A stretch of DNA of 64,000 bases, taken from positions 2,752,001 to 2,816,000 of the forward strand of contig CBDBCY010000004.1 of NCBI GenBank assembly GCA_965203555.1, in the 5' to 3' direction. This DNA is from Acidimicrobiia bacterium (GTDB taxonomy: Bacteria; Actinomycetota; Acidimicrobiia; Spongiisociales; ZC4RG35). The position numbers and the translations under genes are program-made. The notes under the pieces are model-generated. The model made no database searches. It worked only from the letters and a program-made list of their open reading frames with translations, and was not told the origin of the DNA. Of the stretch, positions 59,357 through 64,000 are shown piece after piece (within the stretch, counting starts at the first letter, position 1; each line of letters begins with the position of its first letter).

Positions 59357-59360
59357 CATC

Positions 59361-60773
59361 TTGTCGGACAGCTTCGCCTTCATGAGCGTCCGGCGACTGG
59401 GCGACCTGGTTCGCCACCGGGAGGTGTCGCCGGTGGAGCTTGCCGAGTTCTTCCTGGACCGGTTGGAGACGCTGGGACCGGACTACAACGCGGTGGTCAC
59501 CGTTACGCGGGAGCGAGCGATGCGGCAGGCGAGACGGGCGGAGCGGGAAATCGCTTCCGGCCGGTACCGAGGTCCGCTGCACGGCATTCCCTACGGCGTA
59601 AAGGATCTGCTGGCCACGTCGGACGGCATCCCGACGACCTGGGGAGCGGCGCCGCTGCGCAACCAGACCTTCGACTACGACGCCACCGTGATACGGAAGC
59701 TGGAGGAAGCGGGAGCGGTGCTGGCCGCCAAGCTGGCCATGGTGGAGTTGGCCGGCGGCGGAGGCTACTGGCAACCCGACGCCTCCTTCACCGGCCCCGG
59801 CATCACACCTTGGGACAAGACGAGATGGAGCGGTGGGTCGTCCACCGGATCGGGCGCCGCGACGGCCGCCGGCTTGGTGCCTTTCGCCATCGGTTCCGAG
59901 ACTATGGGTTCCATCATGTCGCCTTCCAGCAATTGCGGAGTGACCGGCCTGCGTCCCACCTACGGGCGGGTAAGCCGGTACGGAGCGATGGCTCTTTCCT
60001 GGACGCTGGACAAGCTGGGGCCGCTGTGCCTCACCGCCGACGACTGCGGCCTGGTGCTGGAGGCGATCTCCGGTCCGGATCCCAAGGACCCGACGACGAC
60101 CGATCGAACTTTCAGCTACGACGACTCCGACGTTGGTTCGCGGTATTTTCGGATCGGTGTTCTGGAGAACGTGGCCGACAACACAGATGACGCCACGCGC
60201 CACAACTTCGAGCGGGCCGTGGAAACGCTGGGACCGGTATCGGACTTCGAGAAGGTGCGTTTCTCCGACCTGCCGCACGAGGCGATCAACTACACGATCC
60301 TGTTCGCGGAGGCTGCCAGCGCCTTCGATGAGATTGTGGACAGCGGGATGCTGGCGGAACTGACCGCGCCGGAGGACCGGTTCGGATCCTATCCGCGGGT
60401 GGCGGTGCTGGCGAAGGACTACATCAAGGCGATGCGCCTCAGAAGACTCATGGCCGAGAACGCCGATAAGGTGATGTCACGGTTCGACGCCCTGGTCGGA
60501 CCCTCGCGGGCGGGTGTCGCGCCGGCGCTGAACCAGGATTTCCGGAGGGCGGCCCGGGGCGGAAAGAAGGACGCCATGCTGGGGGTGGGAAACGGGGCCG
60601 GGCTTCCGGCCATATCTGTGCCGAGCGGTTTTTCGGCAGGGGGTTTGCCCACGGGAATCCAATTCATGGGCCGGGCCTATGAGGAGAACGCGGTGTTGGC
60701 GGTGGCCCGCACCTACCAGTCGCTCACCGACTGGCACGAGCGCCACCCTCCCGACCTGCTTCTGCCTGGTTGA
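59361..60773 (+). CDS. amidase signature family protein
   Basis: GIPYGVKD, GGSSTGS, GSETMGSI. Confidence 0.93.
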   Translation: MSDSFAFMSVRRLGDLVRHREVSPVELAEFFLDRLETLGPDYNAVVTVTRERAMRQARRAEREIASGRYRGPLHGIPYGVKDLLATSDGIPTTWGAAPLRNQTFDYDATVIRKLEEAGAVLAAKLAMVELAGGGGYWQPDASFTGPGITPWDKTRWSGGSSTGSGAATAAGLVPFAIGSETMGSIMSPSSNCGVTGLRPTYGRVSRYGAMALSWTLDKLGPLCLTADDCGLVLEAISGPDPKDPTTTDRTFSYDDSDVGSRYFRIGVLENVADNTDDATRHNFERAVETLGPVSDFEKVRFSDLPHEAINYTILFAEAASAFDEIVDSGMLAELTAPEDRFGSYPRVAVLAKDYIKAMRLRRLMAENADKVMSRFDALVGPSRAGVAPALNQDFRRAARGGKKDAMLGVGNGAGLPAISVPSGFSAGGLPTGIQFMGRAYEENAVLAVARTYQSLTDWHERHPPDLLLPG

Positions 60774-60861
60774 GCCGTAAGTTGTCGCCAAGTTCCCGGC
60801 CGTCGCGGCGGTCGATGGCCATGCTGCCCTGGTCGGCCCCCCTCAACAGACAGTGGTGGTT

Positions 60862-61092
60862 TCAGATTGAGTTGCTGAGGTGCGCTCTTTGGTTGTCCTG
60901 CTTTGCCCGGTGAGCCTCCGCCCCGTATCGTATAAGCAATACACCACTAATGGTGGTGAGAGCGGCCAGAATCAGCACGAAGGATCTCTCTCCCGGGGTG
61001 AGCACCAATTCCCCAGAGCCCTGCGAAGCTCCCGCCACCCACATGAAAGCGGCGATGGCTAAGGTGACAACACCGAAGATAACACCTGCCAT
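60862..61092 (-). CDS. small two-TM membrane protein
   Basis: Two hydrophobic segments only. Confidence 0.45.
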   Translation of the reverse strand: MAGVIFGVVTLAIAAFMWVAGASQGSGELVLTPGERSFVLILAALTTISGVLLIRYGAEAHRAKQDNQRAHLSNSI

Positions 61093-61212
61093 GGGCTACA
61101 GAAGTATAGAACCCCCATGGTGAGGAGGGCCCACCACCACACAAGCCACATGACGATAGCTTTCTTACAAAGAAAATGAGAGAAGCCCAGCACCCAAAAA
61201 CTTGAACACGCC

Positions 61213-62466
61213 CTAGCGACCCATGACCGCCGGCGGAGGCACCACTGCTCCTTTCTGCATCACCATCCGCATGGATCGCAGGGCCCGGATGTCCCCGAGG
61301 GGATCGCGGTCCACTACTATGAGGTCCGCTTCCTTGCCCGGTTCGACCGTGCCTACCAGATGGTCCAGACCGACGGCCTGCGCCGCCACCGAAGTCGCGG
61401 AGCGGATGACGTCGGCGGGATTCATCCCCGCCTGGACCTGGAGTTCCAACCCGAGGCAGTAATCGCCGAAGGTCTGGATCGAGTCGGTGCCGGCCACGAT
61501 CGAGACCTCCCATTCCGACCAGAGCCTGCCAAGGAACTCCACCTGACGCTCGCACTTGATGTTGAGATCTTCCAGCCTCTGGTTCTCCTCCGCGGTCAGA
61601 TCATGCCCCTGCTCTCGTCGCGCCAGGAGCTTTTCTCGCTTCCGGTAGCCGGTCTGCACCGTTGGGCTGACACGGACACCCTGCCGGGCGATTCGTTCGG
61701 CGATCCACGGGCTGAAGCGGTAGGCGCCGTCCGGCTCGATGAAGGTGGCGTGCTCGATGGAGTCCACGCCTGCGTCCAGGGCGTTGACGATGCTCTGGGT
61801 GGCTATGCAGTGGGCGGTGGTGGGCTTGCCCAGGTTGTGGGCCTCGTCCACGATGGCCCGCAACTCCTCCACGCTGTAGGACGGTCGACGGTTGTCGGTT
61901 CCGGCGGTGCCGCCGCCGGAGGCCATGATCTTGATGAAGTCGGCGCCGTCCCCGACCAACTGGCGAACCGCCTTGCGCACGCCCTCCACTCCGTCGGCCT
62001 CCTGGTTGCACCACCAGAAGTGGCCTCCGGTGACTGTCACCGGGCGGCCGCTGAGCAGCAGTCGGGGCGCCAGCGCCAACCCCTGCCGCACGCCCCGGCG
62101 CAGATCGAAGGTGACCTGGTTGCGGGCGCCGCAGTCCCGCAGGGTCGTGACGCCGGCGCTGAGGTGGATGTGGGCGTTGCGGGCGGCGCGCAGCAGCATC
62201 ACCTGGTCGGAGTCGCGCTCTATGACCTCCTCGTAGGTGGCGTCTCCGGCGCCGAACATGAGATGGGTGTGAGCGTCGATCAGGCCGGGCAGCAGGTACC
62301 CGTCGCGGTGGTCCATCTCTCGCACCTGCGGTCCGCGGGGCGCCTCGACCTCGCCTTCGGCGCCCGCAGCCGCAATGCGGGACCCCTCCACCACTACGAC
62401 GGCATTGCGCACGGGTGGCGCCCCGGTGCCGTCGAAGAGGGCCTTGGCCCGGATAACCGTCTGCAT
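61213..62466 (-). CDS. metal-dependent amidohydrolase
   Basis: PGLIDAHTH, IKIMASGG, AH, IEH, AGTD, GKEADL. Confidence 0.93.
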   Translation of the reverse strand: MQTVIRAKALFDGTGAPPVRNAVVVVEGSRIAAAGAEGEVEAPRGPQVREMDHRDGYLLPGLIDAHTHLMFGAGDATYEEVIERDSDQVMLLRAARNAHIHLSAGVTTLRDCGARNQVTFDLRRGVRQGLALAPRLLLSGRPVTVTGGHFWWCNQEADGVEGVRKAVRQLVGDGADFIKIMASGGGTAGTDNRRPSYSVEELRAIVDEAHNLGKPTTAHCIATQSIVNALDAGVDSIEHATFIEPDGAYRFSPWIAERIARQGVRVSPTVQTGYRKREKLLARREQGHDLTAEENQRLEDLNIKCERQVEFLGRLWSEWEVSIVAGTDSIQTFGDYCLGLELQVQAGMNPADVIRSATSVAAQAVGLDHLVGTVEPGKEADLIVVDRDPLGDIRALRSMRMVMQKGAVVPPPAVMGR

Positions 62467-62585
62467 GTTGCCCGCCGCGTCCCCCTGAGTGTCACATCGG
62501 TAGCCGGCGCTTGCCTGGCATGATATCAGCGCACCGGATCGGCGTTCCGGCTGGGTGTAGAGTGTTCATATAGCGGAGGTTCGCC

Positions 62586-62963
62586 ATGGCTTTGCAACTG
62601 GACCACACAATTGTGCCCGCCTTTGACAAGGTGAAGTCCGCCAGGTTCATCGCCCGGATCTTCGGCCTGGAATACAAGGGGACCTGGGGGCATTTCGCGC
62701 CCGTCAAGGTCAATGACACGCTGACGCTCGATTTCGACGACTCCGATGACCCGCGTTCCAACCACTACGCCTTCCTGGCTTCGGACGAGGAGTTCGATGC
62801 GGTGCTGGGGCGCCTCAAGGACGACGGCATCCCTTTCGGAAGCGGTCCCCGCTCCCGGGCGGACGGCAGGATCAACCACAGGCACCGGGGACGCGGGTTC
62901 TACTTCGAGTGCGAGAACGGTCACGTGTGGGAGGTCATCACCCACACCTACATAACCGAATGA
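62586..62963 (+). CDS. VOC / glyoxalase family protein
   Basis: LDHTIV, HYAF, GRGFYF..GHVWEV. Confidence 0.92.
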   Translation: MALQLDHTIVPAFDKVKSARFIARIFGLEYKGTWGHFAPVKVNDTLTLDFDDSDDPRSNHYAFLASDEEFDAVLGRLKDDGIPFGSGPRSRADGRINHRHRGRGFYFECENGHVWEVITHTYITE

Positions 62964-63128
62964 GACCGGCGCGCCTGACGAACCGCGTCAGTGCTTCGGG
63001 ATAATGTGTGTTCACGTATGTCTGTGGATGGCCGCAGGGAGGGCATTCGAGAGGGAGTTGGCGCGGCGCCGGATGCAAAAGGCGCCAGGACCAAAGGACG
63101 GGCGGGTTGTCGGATCGGCGCTGGTTGA

Positions 63129-63857
63129 ATGTTGAAAGCGGCTGTTCTCACCCGCCAGGGACAAGGCAGAGCGGTCAACCAGGATCGGGTGGTTGTCCAT
63201 GACACAGTCGTTGACAGTGAACAACCCACCACAGCTGTGTTCACCACCGAACTCCCGAGCCTGGTGGCCGTGCTCGACGGACTCGGTGGCCACCCTGCCG
63301 GTGACGTTGCGGCAGCCCTGGCAGCCGAGGTCATCGCTTCCGCGGGCTCCGGGGTCAGAGGCGAACAGGACCTGGTTGCTCTTGTGGAAGAAGCCAACCG
63401 GTTCCTGTATCAAACGATGGCCACCTACCCGATACTGCAGTACATGGGGACCACCGTCGCCGGTGTCCTGGTCACATCCGATACGGTCACCGTGTTCCAT
63501 GTGGGCGATTCCCGGGTGTACCTGCACACCGGCGAGGATCTGGTGCAGGCCACGGTGGATGACTGGCGGGACGGGTATATCACCCAAACCCTGGGAGGCA
63601 ATGGCTCCTTTGAACCCGTCCGTGTGCATACCGGCACGCAGCCCCTGGAGGACCGAAGGATCCTGGCGGCAACCGATGGGCTGTTCGCTCACACCGACCG
63701 GGCAACCCTCTGCCACGCCATGGACGCACCGCTCGAGGCAGTGCCCTGCCGACTGTCCCAGGTGGCCATCGAGTCGGGAAACCTCGACGACTTCTCGGTG
63801 GCGGTTGTCGAACCGGGCGCGCCTTCCCGATCAGGCGACTTCCCATCCGGGTCGTGA
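63129..63857 (+). CDS. PP2C-family protein phosphatase
   Basis: R.VNQD, DGLGGH, HVGDSRVY, TDGL, DDFS. Confidence 0.92.
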   Translation: MLKAAVLTRQGQGRAVNQDRVVVHDTVVDSEQPTTAVFTTELPSLVAVLDGLGGHPAGDVAAALAAEVIASAGSGVRGEQDLVALVEEANRFLYQTMATYPILQYMGTTVAGVLVTSDTVTVFHVGDSRVYLHTGEDLVQATVDDWRDGYITQTLGGNGSFEPVRVHTGTQPLEDRRILAATDGLFAHTDRATLCHAMDAPLEAVPCRLSQVAIESGNLDDFSVAVVEPGAPSRSGDFPSGS

Positions 63858-64000
63858 GGGCTGTCCCGAGCGTGGAACGCTCCGGGCGGCTTGGCCCAAG
63901 GTGCTGGGACGGGTTGGCCGGCCGACCGGCTCCGGTCTGACTGCCCGGCTTACCGGGGGGTGAGGGTGGTTTGCGGGCTCGAAGAGCTGCCCTTCACAGC

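Overview
High-GC, actinobacterial-looking DNA. Metabolic and transport genes occupy about 1-6 kb and about 41-64 kb. They flank an IS-riddled defence island of about 34.5 kb that starts right after a tRNA-Lys(TTT) gene (6049-6124). The island carries: (i) an intact SNF2 helicase-nuclease / DUF1156 adenine methylase / DUF499 ATPase operon; (ii) a two-gene ubiquitin-like conjugation locus, a ComEC-type metallo-beta-lactamase (MBL) plus a single 1130-aa E2-E1-JAB-patatin fusion, with no cyclase nearby; (iii) an Mrr-like nuclease and a Schlafen/AlbA_2 gene flanked by 81-bp direct repeats; (iv) about ten mostly decayed toxin-antitoxin modules; (v) IS1634 copies, one IS256, and IS3, IS21 and IS1380 remnants; and (vi) three copies of an unexplained ~90-bp element with a covarying hairpin. 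The best candidate for a new system is the MBL + E2-E1-JAB-patatin locus. Its MBL has a Gly-motif tail (VGFG-RC) hidden one base out of frame behind a G5 run. All calls come from motif recognition by eye; no searches were run.
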